From: an uncultured Fibrobacteraceae bacterium
GTDB taxonomy: Bacteria > Krumholzibacteriota > Krumholzibacteriia > LZORAL124-64-63
Assembly (NCBI GenBank): GCA_964607825.1
Contig: CAZSNA010000007.1
Location: 1,636-65,635, forward strand
DNA length: 64,000 nucleotides
Direction: 5' to 3'
Part shown: in pieces, positions 1-7,361 of the stretch
Position numbering within the stretch: the stretch's first letter is position 1
How the letters are laid out: every line of letters begins with the position of its first letter
Program-made: the position numbers and the translations under genes
Notes under the pieces: generated by a model
What the model saw: the letters and a program-made list of their open reading frames with translations, nothing else
Database searches by the model: none
Told to the model about the DNA's origin: nothing

Positions 1-1050
1 CCGGCCGTGGCCCTGGGCGCGTTCCCACCAGGTGGCCACGCTCGCGCGCTGCTCGGGCGGCAGGTCGGCCATGGCGCGGGTGAGGATGCCGCTGACGGGC
101 GTGTCCAGCAGCGAGGTCAGCACCAGGAAGGGAAAGAAGTCGGGCGCCCCGTAGGCGGGGGCCTCGAAGGCCAGGGCCAGCACGTGCTGGTCGCCGCCGC
201 GGCGGGTGATGGCGCGGGTGCGGTCCAGGTAACCGGCGGGACGCGGGTCGGGCCGGTCCAGGGTGCCCGGGGCCGCCGAGCCGTAGTGCGTCTGCAGCAG
301 GGCCAGCGTCGCGTCGCGGTCGAACCCGCCGGCGATCGTCGTGATCATGTTGTTGGGCACGTAGTGCGTCTTGTAGAAGGCGTAGACGTCGTCGCGCGAC
401 ATGTGCTCGATGGTGCTGAGGGTGCCCAGGGTCGGCATGCCCAGGCTGCTGCCGCCGAAGACGGCGTCGCGGACGGTCTCGTCGGCGAAGTCGCCGCCGC
501 GGTCGCGGCCCTGGACGATCTCGCCGATCACGATGCCCCGCTCCTTCTCGAACTTGTCGGCGGGCAGGGTCGAACGGAAGAGCATCTCCGACTGCAGCTC
601 GACGGCCTCGGCCAGGTGCTCCGTCGGGGCGATCATGATGAAGTTCGTGTAGAAGTTCGTGGTATGGGCGTTGTTCCAGGCGCCGATGCGGTCGGCCAGG
701 GCGTACTGCTCCTCCTGGGTCCACTTGTCGCTGCCGTTGAACAGCAGGTGCTCGAGCATGTGGCTCATGCCGCTGGTGCGGAAGTCCTCGTGGGCGGACC
801 CCACCAGCACCTGGGTGGTGACGCTGGCCATGGCCTGGGCCGGGTTGGGCAGCAGCAGCACGCGCAGCCCGTTCTCCAGGCGCAGCACCTCGGCGCCCGC
901 CGGCAGCCCCGCGAAGCGCGGCGTCTCGCCCGCGGGGTTCGGGGCTCCGGGCCAGCCCTCCCGCTCGATGAGCTGCTCGACCGCGACGGCCGACGAGGCC
1001 GCCAGGACCAGCGTCAGCACCAGCCATCCCATCCTCATCGCTCGGCTCAT
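1..1050 (-). CDS. M16-family zinc peptidase (insulinase/pitrilysin-like). Only the N-terminal part lies in the window; the gene runs past the window start.
   Basis: I translated the minus strand from the ATG at 1050-1048. It gives MSRAMRMGWLVLTLVLAASSAVA (signal peptide), then ...TSGMSHMLEHLLFNGS, which carries the inverted HxxEH zinc motif of M16 peptidases. It is absent from the ORF track because there is no stop inside the window. Confidence 0.7.
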   Translation of the reverse strand, partial: MSRAMRMGWLVLTLVLAASSAVAVEQLIEREGWPGAPNPAGETPRFAGLPAGAEVLRLENGLRVLLLPNPAQAMASVTTQVLVGSAHEDFRTSGMSHMLEHLLFNGSDKWTQEEQYALADRIGAWNNAHTTNFYTNFIMIAPTEHLAEAVELQSEMLFRSTLPADKFEKERGIVIGEIVQGRDRGGDFADETVRDAVFGGSSLGMPTLGTLSTIEHMSRDDVYAFYKTHYVPNNMITTIAGGFDRDATLALLQTHYGSAAPGTLDRPDPRPAGYLDRTRAITRRGGDQHVLALAFEAPAYGAPDFFPFLVLTSLLDTPVSGILTRAMADLPPEQRASVATWWERAQGHGR

Positions 1051-1071
1051 GTCCAAACCCTTTCGTTTCGT

Positions 1072-1854
1072 TTATTCGTACACGGCCTGGGCGCAACGCA
1101 CGATGCCCAGGAAGTCGTCGGCCTTCAGGCTGGCGCCGCCGATCAGGCCGCCGTCGATGTCCGGTCGCCCGAAGAGGTCCTCGGCGTTGGACGGCTTGCA
1201 GCTGCCCCCGTACAGGATGCGCGTCGCCGCGGCCGCCTCGGCGCCCGTCAGACCCGCCACCAGCTCGCGCGAGACGGCGTGGATCTCCTGGGCCTGTTCG
1301 GGCGTGGCCGTCTCGCCGGTGCCGATGGCCCAGACGGGCTCGTAGGCCAGCACCAGGTTCTCCGGCGTGGCGGCGGCCAGGCGGGGCAGCACGCCCTCGA
1401 GCTGGGCCTTCACCACGTCGCGCTCGCGGCCGGCCTTGCGTTCCTCCAGCAACTCGCCGTAGCAGAAGATGGCGGTCAGGCCCGCGGCGTGGGCGCGGTC
1501 GATCTTGGCCACGAACTCGTCGTCGGTCTCGCGGATCTCGGCGCGGCGCTCCGAATGCGCCACGATCACGTGGGTGCAGCCGGCCTCGGCCAGCATGTCC
1601 GCGCCGACCTCGCCGGTATGGGCGCCGGTGTCGTTGGCGCTGCAGTTCTGGGCGCCCAGCAGCGCCTTCTCCCCCTTGACCACGTCGGCCACGGCGGGAA
1701 TCGCCACGTGGACGGGGCACACCAGCACCTCGCCCTTCAGGTCCAGGCCCAGCAGGCCCATGGCCACCTGGCGGGCCAGCTGGGCCGCGTCGGCGGGCCC
1801 CAGGTTCTGCTTCCAGTTTCCGGCCACCAGATAGGGGCGCATGTCGTCCTCCAC
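1072..1854 (-). CDS. tpiA: Triosephosphate isomerase
   Basis: Track ORF of 260 aa with the motifs VAGNWKQN, AYEPVWAIGTG and YGGS, all TIM signatures. Confidence 0.95.
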   Translation of the reverse strand: MEDDMRPYLVAGNWKQNLGPADAAQLARQVAMGLLGLDLKGEVLVCPVHVAIPAVADVVKGEKALLGAQNCSANDTGAHTGEVGADMLAEAGCTHVIVAHSERRAEIRETDDEFVAKIDRAHAAGLTAIFCYGELLEERKAGRERDVVKAQLEGVLPRLAAATPENLVLAYEPVWAIGTGETATPEQAQEIHAVSRELVAGLTGAEAAAATRILYGGSCKPSNAEDLFGRPDIDGGLIGGASLKADDFLGIVRCAQAVYE

Positions 1855-1866
1855 AAAAGGTTCGGG

Positions 1867-2541
1867 TCAGCGTCGGCCGCGCAGCAGGATCAGACGGACC
1901 AGCTGCAGGACCGCCATCAGCGCGGACGCCACGTAGGTCAGAGCGGCGGCGTCGAGCACCGCCTTGACGCGGGGCGATTCCTCGGGCGTCACGATAGCGT
2001 GCCGGTTCAGCAGCGTCACGGCCCGTTTGCTGGCGTCGAACTCCACCGGCAACGTGAGCACGGTGAAGAAGGCCGCCACCAGGTAGACCGCGATGCCGAT
2101 GTCCATCAGCACGGGATAAGAAAACAGGAAACCGGCGAAGAACAAGGGCATGGCCAGGTTGCTGCCCAGGCTCGCCACCGGGAAGATGCGCTGGCGCAGC
2201 TCCAGGGGCCCGTAGCCCTTGGCGTGCTGCAGGGCGTGTCCGGCCTCGTGACAGGCCACGCCCAGCGCCGCCACGCTGGCGCCGTCGTGGTTGGGCTGGC
2301 TCAGGCGCAGCACGCGGGCGCGCGGGTCGTAGTGGTCGCTCAGCTCCCCCGGCACGGTCTCGATGCCGACGTTGCCGAGGCCGGCGGCGTCCAGCAGCTG
2401 CCGCGCCGCCTGGGCGCCGGTGATCCCCCGCGCCGAGCGCACCTCGAGATACTTGCGGTAGGTCGACTTGACCTTGTTCTGCGCGTAGAGAGCGAAAAGG
2501 AACGCCGGTATCAGCAGGAAGAAGGTCGAATCCCAGAACAT
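1867..2541 (-). CDS. Putative membrane zinc metallopeptidase (Zn_peptidase_2 / YpfJ-like family)
   Basis: 224 aa. N-terminal transmembrane segment, HEAGHALQH (HExxH) motif and two C-terminal transmembrane helices. Confidence 0.75.
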   Translation of the reverse strand: MFWDSTFFLLIPAFLFALYAQNKVKSTYRKYLEVRSARGITGAQAARQLLDAAGLGNVGIETVPGELSDHYDPRARVLRLSQPNHDGASVAALGVACHEAGHALQHAKGYGPLELRQRIFPVASLGSNLAMPLFFAGFLFSYPVLMDIGIAVYLVAAFFTVLTLPVEFDASKRAVTLLNRHAIVTPEESPRVKAVLDAAALTYVASALMAVLQLVRLILLRGRR

Positions 2542-2566
2542 GACGATCCTCCGGTATGGAGCGGTG

Positions 2567-3430
2567 TCAGTCCGCCAGGCGGGGCAGGAACTCGAGCAGC
2601 AGCCGGGCCATGTGGTCGCGGACCTGGAGACCGGCTTCCACCACGTCCTGGTGGGAGAGTTCCGGCTGTCCCACCTCGCGGGCCGGGTTGGTGATGCAGG
2701 ACAGGCCGACCGTGCGCACGCCGAGCACCCGCAGCAGCGCGACCTCCGGCGCGGTGGACATGCCCACCGCGTCGCAGCCCAGCCGCCGCAGCATGCCGAT
2801 CTCGGCCTTGGTCTCGTAGGCGGGCCCCCACATGCTGGCGTAGATGCCCGCGTGCAGGGGGACGCCGGCCGCGGCGCCGCTCTCGAGCAGTCGGTGCGCG
2901 AGCTCCGGGTCGTAGGCCGCCGCGGGACGCACGCCGCGGACGGGCGTCGACGCGGGAGGCACCGGACTCGCCAGCAGGTCTCGCAGCGGATCGCCCAGGT
3001 GCAGGTCCACGTGGTCGCGGATCACCATCAGCTCGCCGGGCACGTAATGGGCGTTCAGGCCGCCGGCGGCGTTGGTCACCACGGCCTCGTCGATGCCCAG
3101 GGCGGCCAGCACGGCCGTGGGCAGCAGCATGACGTCGGCGGGCAGCCCCTCGTAGGCGTGGAAGCGGCCCTGCATGACCACCACCTCGCGGCCCGCGGCG
3201 ACGCCGCGCACCAGGCGGCCCTTGTGCTCGGCCACCGAGGTGGTGGCGAAGCCGGGGATCTCGCCGTAGTCCACGGCCTCGGCCCCGTCCAGGGCGTCGA
3301 CGAAGTTGCCCAGGCCGCTGCCCAGGATCAGGCCGGTGCGCCCCGCGAACCCGCGCTCACCCAGCCAGGCGACGGCCTCTCCCACCTTCTCGGCCCACGC
3401 GGGCGCCAGCAGTTCCAGTCGGGCGTTCAC
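2567..3430 (-). CDS. punA: Purine nucleoside phosphorylase (PNP family I)
   Basis: The C-terminal 288 aa of track ORF 2567..4465 read ...GRFHAYEG...SMWGPAYETKAE...GMSTAPE. The upstream part of that ORF is GC-skew garbage. A GTG start at 3430 overlaps the add stop (GTGA). Confidence 0.85.
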   Translation of the reverse strand: MNARLELLAPAWAEKVGEAVAWLGERGFAGRTGLILGSGLGNFVDALDGAEAVDYGEIPGFATTSVAEHKGRLVRGVAAGREVVVMQGRFHAYEGLPADVMLLPTAVLAALGIDEAVVTNAAGGLNAHYVPGELMVIRDHVDLHLGDPLRDLLASPVPPASTPVRGVRPAAAYDPELAHRLLESGAAAGVPLHAGIYASMWGPAYETKAEIGMLRRLGCDAVGMSTAPEVALLRVLGVRTVGLSCITNPAREVGQPELSHQDVVEAGLQVRDHMARLLLEFLPRLAD

Positions 3431-4530
3431 GCGACCTCCAGATCGTCCAGGCCGAACTTGTCGCGCAGCGAGGTGACCGTCTTGACCATCTCGCCGATCA
3501 GGGCCGCCTTCTCCCGCTGGGGCATGAAGGCGCTCTTGACGCCGTTGAGCATCAGGGTCTCCGCCTCCAGCAGGTTCAGGTCGAAGGTGTCCACCGCCAG
3601 GCGCAGCTCGCGGCAGAGGGTCGAGCGCGTGAACAGCCGGCTGTCGGTGTTCAGGGTGACGCGCAGCCCCAGGTCGAGGTACTGGCGCAGGGGGTGGTCG
3701 GCGGTCGTGGGCACCACGCCGGTGAGCACGTCGCTGCTCAGGGTCATCTCCAGCGGGATGCGCATGTCGTTCACGTAGGCCAGCAGGTCGGGGTCCTCGT
3801 GCAGCCGGGTACCGTGGCCGATGCGGTTGGCGCCGCAGTAGTGCAGGGCCTGGTGGATCGACTCGGGCCCGAAGCCCACGCCGGCGTGGATGGTCGAGGA
3901 CAGGTTGTGGTTCATGATGTAGTAGAAGGCCTCGCGGTGCTGCTTGGCCGGGTAGTCCCGCTCGGTGCCCGCGAGATCGAAGGCCACCACGCCGCGGTCC
4001 CGCCACTGCACGGCCAGCTCGGCCAGCTCCAGCGACGCTTCCGGATCGATGGTGCGCAGGCCGGTGATGATGATGCCGGTGCGGATGCCCGTGGCCGACT
4101 CGGCCTCCTCCAGTCCCTGCCGCACCGCGGCCACGCTGTCCTCGAGGCCCATGCCCTGGCGACGGTGACGCAGGGGGCAGAAGCGCACCTCCAGGTACCA
4201 GCAGCCGTCGGCGGCCGCGTCCTCGGCCAGTTCGCGGGCGATGCGGACCAGGTTCTCCGGGGTCTGCATGACCGAGGTGGTGTGCTCGAAGAAGCCCTCG
4301 AAGTGCCGGCGGCAGCTGTCGCTGTCCACCGGGAAGAAGCGGTCCAGCGTGGCCACGTCGGTGTCGGGCACGTCGATCCCGGCCCCGGGAGCGAGCTCCC
4401 GGAAGGTCTCGATGCGCAGGCTGCCGTCCAGGTGGCAGAGCAGGTCCGTCTTGGGCAGGGCGCACAGCACTTCCTGCGGGATGCGTTCGCCGCGCAGCAT
4501 GTCGCTGCGCCGGGGTCGATGGCCGATCAT
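3427..4530 (-). CDS. add: Adenosine deaminase
   Basis: This is the portion of track ORF 3427..5124 from MIGHRPRRSD... onward. It has ...HLDGSL... and ...HAGVGFGP...NTDSRL.... The ATG at 4530 overlaps the dNK stop (ATGA). Confidence 0.88.
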   Translation of the reverse strand: MIGHRPRRSDMLRGERIPQEVLCALPKTDLLCHLDGSLRIETFRELAPGAGIDVPDTDVATLDRFFPVDSDSCRRHFEGFFEHTTSVMQTPENLVRIARELAEDAAADGCWYLEVRFCPLRHRRQGMGLEDSVAAVRQGLEEAESATGIRTGIIITGLRTIDPEASLELAELAVQWRDRGVVAFDLAGTERDYPAKQHREAFYYIMNHNLSSTIHAGVGFGPESIHQALHYCGANRIGHGTRLHEDPDLLAYVNDMRIPLEMTLSSDVLTGVVPTTADHPLRQYLDLGLRVTLNTDSRLFTRSTLCRELRLAVDTFDLNLLEAETLMLNGVKSAFMPQREKAALIGEMVKTVTSLRDKFGLDDLEVA

Positions 4531-5195
4531 GCGTTCCCTCCGGCCGCCTGGCGGCCGCGTTTGGCCTCGTGCAGACCGCGCACGTAGTCGAGCAGCTCGC
4601 GCTGGGCCTCGACGTCGTCGCGGAGATTGATCGTTTCGGTGTCGATGGTGCGCACCGGGCAGATCTCGCCGGCGCGGGGGATCCAGTCCTCGTAGGCCCG
4701 GTGCAGGTCGGCGATGAAGTCGCGCGGGATGCCGCTCTCGCAGTCGCGGCCCCGGTTCGCGATGCGCGACATGGCCGTGTCCACCGAGCAGCGCAGGTAG
4801 AGCACCAGGTCGGGCGGCCGCAGGAACGACACCATGTTGTGGAAGACCTCGCGGTAGTTCTCGTAGTCGCGGTCGTCCATGGCGCCCCGGTCGTTCAGCA
4901 CCTTGGCGAAGATCTCCACGTCCTCGTAGATGGTGCGGTCCTGCACCGCCGACTTGCCGTGCTCGATGATGTCCTTCTGCACCTCGAAGCGCTTGCTCAG
5001 GAAGTAGATCTGCAGGTGGAAGGCCCAGCGCGGCATGTCCTGGTAGTAGTCGGCCAGGTAGGGATTGCCGTCGACGGGCTCGTAGTAGGTGGGCCAGTCG
5101 AAGGCCTCGCCCACCATGCGGCACACGGTGGACTTGCCCACGCCGATGTTGCCGGAGATGGACAGGTAGAAGGGCACGTCGCGCTCGGGGGTCAT
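4527..5195 (-). CDS. Deoxynucleoside kinase (dAK/dGK/dCK family)
   Basis: 222 aa with the Walker A motif ISGNIGVGKST and dNK-like ...YEP..DGNPYL... and DRxxYED blocks. Confidence 0.85.
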   Translation of the reverse strand: MTPERDVPFYLSISGNIGVGKSTVCRMVGEAFDWPTYYEPVDGNPYLADYYQDMPRWAFHLQIYFLSKRFEVQKDIIEHGKSAVQDRTIYEDVEIFAKVLNDRGAMDDRDYENYREVFHNMVSFLRPPDLVLYLRCSVDTAMSRIANRGRDCESGIPRDFIADLHRAYEDWIPRAGEICPVRTIDTETINLRDDVEAQRELLDYVRGLHEAKRGRQAAGGNA

Positions 5196-5202
5196 GGAGC
5201 TC

Positions 5203-6348
5203 CTATTCCTCGGGCCACGGATCGTTGGAGGACGCGGTGTGCTCCTCGTGCGAGATGAACTTGTGCACCTGGCCCGACGTCTCCGAGATCACGAACACGT
5301 AGGCGCCGTAGTAGGTCTCGCTGGCCGTCACCACGCGGTCGTAGACGGCCAGGCCCAGGGGCGTCGGGGCGTCGTCCACGTCGCTGAACGACAGCTCGAA
5401 CTCGCCGAAGGCGTCGAAGACCTGGACGCGGCCGTTGCCGGAGTCGGCCACGTAGACGCGGCCCGAACCGTCGACGCCCAGCCCCAGGGGGCTGTGGAAC
5501 TCGCCGGCCTCGCTGCTGGGCCCGCCGACCCAGGCCTCGTCGCATTCCGGCGCGTCGCCCAGGGTGTAGTCGGCGGCGGCGGGCGGCTCGCAGGTGGCGG
5601 CGTAGACCAGGGTCGCCAGGCCGCGCCAGGGGTCGGGACGCTCGGGGTCCGAGGAGACGTCTGTAAGATCCGGCGTCGGGTCGAAGCGGATCACCCAGTT
5701 GCGGCTGGTGTCCGCGTCGCAGATCCAGATCAGGCCCGCGCCGTCGCGCACCAGGCCGGCGGGCTCGTTGACGAAGCGCACCGACAGGCCGCCGCCGCGG
5801 CAGAGCATGCCCATGGGCACCACCGTGCCGTCCTCCGCGTAGTAGGCGAAGCGGTGCACCACGCCCGAGTCCGCGTCGGCCACGTAGACGAAGGTGTGGA
5901 TGGCGGGGTCGACGACCTCGACGCCCGTGCGGCTGGTCACCAGGTGCGTGCCGCGCTGCACCGAGGGCAGCACCGTGTCGGCCACCGGCAGCAGGTCGTC
6001 CGAGGTGTAGGTGCTCAGCCGCGACGCGCCCTGCTCCCAGACGAAGATCAGGTCGCCGTCGTCGTCGGCGCAGATGGCCGCGGGGTCGTCCAGCCCGACC
6101 ATGATCAGGCGCTCGTCGTAGTTCTGGCTGCGCTTGACCAGGCTGCCGTCGTCCCCGATCACGAAGAGCAGGCCGTTGACCAGCACGAGCTGCCGCGCGG
6201 ACGGGTCGTCGTAGGCGTCCTTCATGTAGTAGGCGTTGATCGAGTACAGGCCCTCGGGGACGGGTATGGCGATCTTCTCGCCGCAGCCGGCGAGCAGCGC
6301 GGCCAGGGTCGAGGCGACGGCGGCGGCGAGGAGCAGGCGGCGTCTCAT
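5203..6348 (-). CDS. NHL-repeat beta-propeller lipoprotein
   Basis: 381 aa. Lipobox LLAGCGE, and repeated YVAD.(S)GNGRVQVFD NHL-like blades. The start overlaps the upstream stop (ATGA). Confidence 0.7.
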   Translation of the reverse strand: MRRRLLLAAAVASTLAALLAGCGEKIAIPVPEGLYSINAYYMKDAYDDPSARQLVLVNGLLFVIGDDGSLVKRSQNYDERLIMVGLDDPAAICADDDGDLIFVWEQGASRLSTYTSDDLLPVADTVLPSVQRGTHLVTSRTGVEVVDPAIHTFVYVADADSGVVHRFAYYAEDGTVVPMGMLCRGGGLSVRFVNEPAGLVRDGAGLIWICDADTSRNWVIRFDPTPDLTDVSSDPERPDPWRGLATLVYAATCEPPAAADYTLGDAPECDEAWVGGPSSEAGEFHSPLGLGVDGSGRVYVADSGNGRVQVFDAFGEFELSFSDVDDAPTPLGLAVYDRVVTASETYYGAYVFVISETSGQVHKFISHEEHTASSNDPWPEE

Positions 6349-7361
6349 CGCACCCTCCTCGGCGGCGGCAGCGGCGCCAGGTCGACGGTCACGTGGTGCA
6401 TGACGCCGAAGGCGCCCATGTCGTGGAGGGCGTAGTCGAGGCGCACGTCCCAGCCGTCGCGGGCCAGCTTCACGCCGAAGCCGGCGGCCAGTCCGCCCTC
6501 GTCGCGGTTGGTCTCGAAGCCCCCGCGCAGGTAGAGCCGGCCGTCCAGACCGAGCTCCGTGCCCATGCGGAAGCTCTCGCTGTAGTCGGTGGGGTGGTGG
6601 AAATCGGCGGTCGTCAGCAGGCCCAGCTTCCGGCTCAGCGACCAGGTGTAGGACACGCCGAAGGACCCCGAGGTCGGCGCCGAGACGGACTGGAACTCGG
6701 AGCTCGCCTCGTAGCCGGGCAGCGCCGGCGGCGTGCCGCCGGGCCGCATGTCGGCGCCGAAGTTGCGCACCGCGAAGCCGACCCGCAGGTCGCCCACGCC
6801 CACGAAGTAGAGCACGCCCAGGTCCACCAGGAACCCGCGCATGACGAACTCGTCCAGGTTCTCCTGGTAGAGGCGGCCGGTCAGTCCGAACGAGAAGCGG
6901 TCGGTCATCAGGCGGGCCATGGACAGGCCCAGGTGGTACTGGTCGGCGCGGAAGGTGTGGCCGGTGCCCTCCTGGTGGAACTCGTCGGTGCGGGGGATGT
7001 CGCCCGAGCGCAGCATGCCGGCGCTCAGGCCCCAGCCGTAGTTCTGGCCGTGCCAGTGCAGGGACGCGTGCTCCAGGTCGATGCCCGCCGCGTACTCGGT
7101 GTGCCCGAAGAACATGGTGCGCCGGCCCTCGGTCTGCATGATGCCGGCGGGGTTCCAGAAGGCCGCCGAGCCGTCGAAGGCGTTGGCCACGTAGGCGCGG
7201 CCCAGCGCCACCGCCCGCGCGCCCACGGGCACGCGCATGAACTGGGCGCCGGCGGTGCCCACGTTCTCGCCCCCGTACAGGCCCAGGATCCCGTCGGCGC
7301 GGACGACGCCCGGCGACAGGACCAGCAGCAGCGCGAGGAGCAGGCGGGCGGGTCTCACCAT
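6345..7361 (-). CDS. FadL/PorV-superfamily outer-membrane beta-barrel (PorV/PorQ-like, T9SS-associated type)
   Basis: The C-terminal 338 aa of track ORF 6345..9176 start MVRPARLLLALLLVLSPGVVRA (signal peptide). The motif GARAVALGRAYVANAFDGSAAFWNPAGI matches the conserved N-terminal block of FadL/PorV barrels. The upstream 605 aa of the track ORF is antisense garbage. Confidence 0.6.
   Translation of the reverse strand: MVRPARLLLALLLVLSPGVVRADGILGLYGGENVGTAGAQFMRVPVGARAVALGRAYVANAFDGSAAFWNPAGIMQTEGRRTMFFGHTEYAAGIDLEHASLHWHGQNYGWGLSAGMLRSGDIPRTDEFHQEGTGHTFRADQYHLGLSMARLMTDRFSFGLTGRLYQENLDEFVMRGFLVDLGVLYFVGVGDLRVGFAVRNFGADMRPGGTPPALPGYEASSEFQSVSAPTSGSFGVSYTWSLSRKLGLLTTADFHHPTDYSESFRMGTELGLDGRLYLRGGFETNRDEGGLAAGFGVKLARDGWDVRLDYALHDMGAFGVMHHVTVDLAPLPPPRRVR

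Noticed and set aside
7-2694. 895-aa + strand ORF spanning the tpiA, peptidase and M16 region
   Set aside because: It is rich in Arg, Gly and Ala, which is typical antisense-frame composition for a high-GC genome. Three well-supported minus-strand genes (M16, tpiA, Zn-peptidase) occupy the same DNA.
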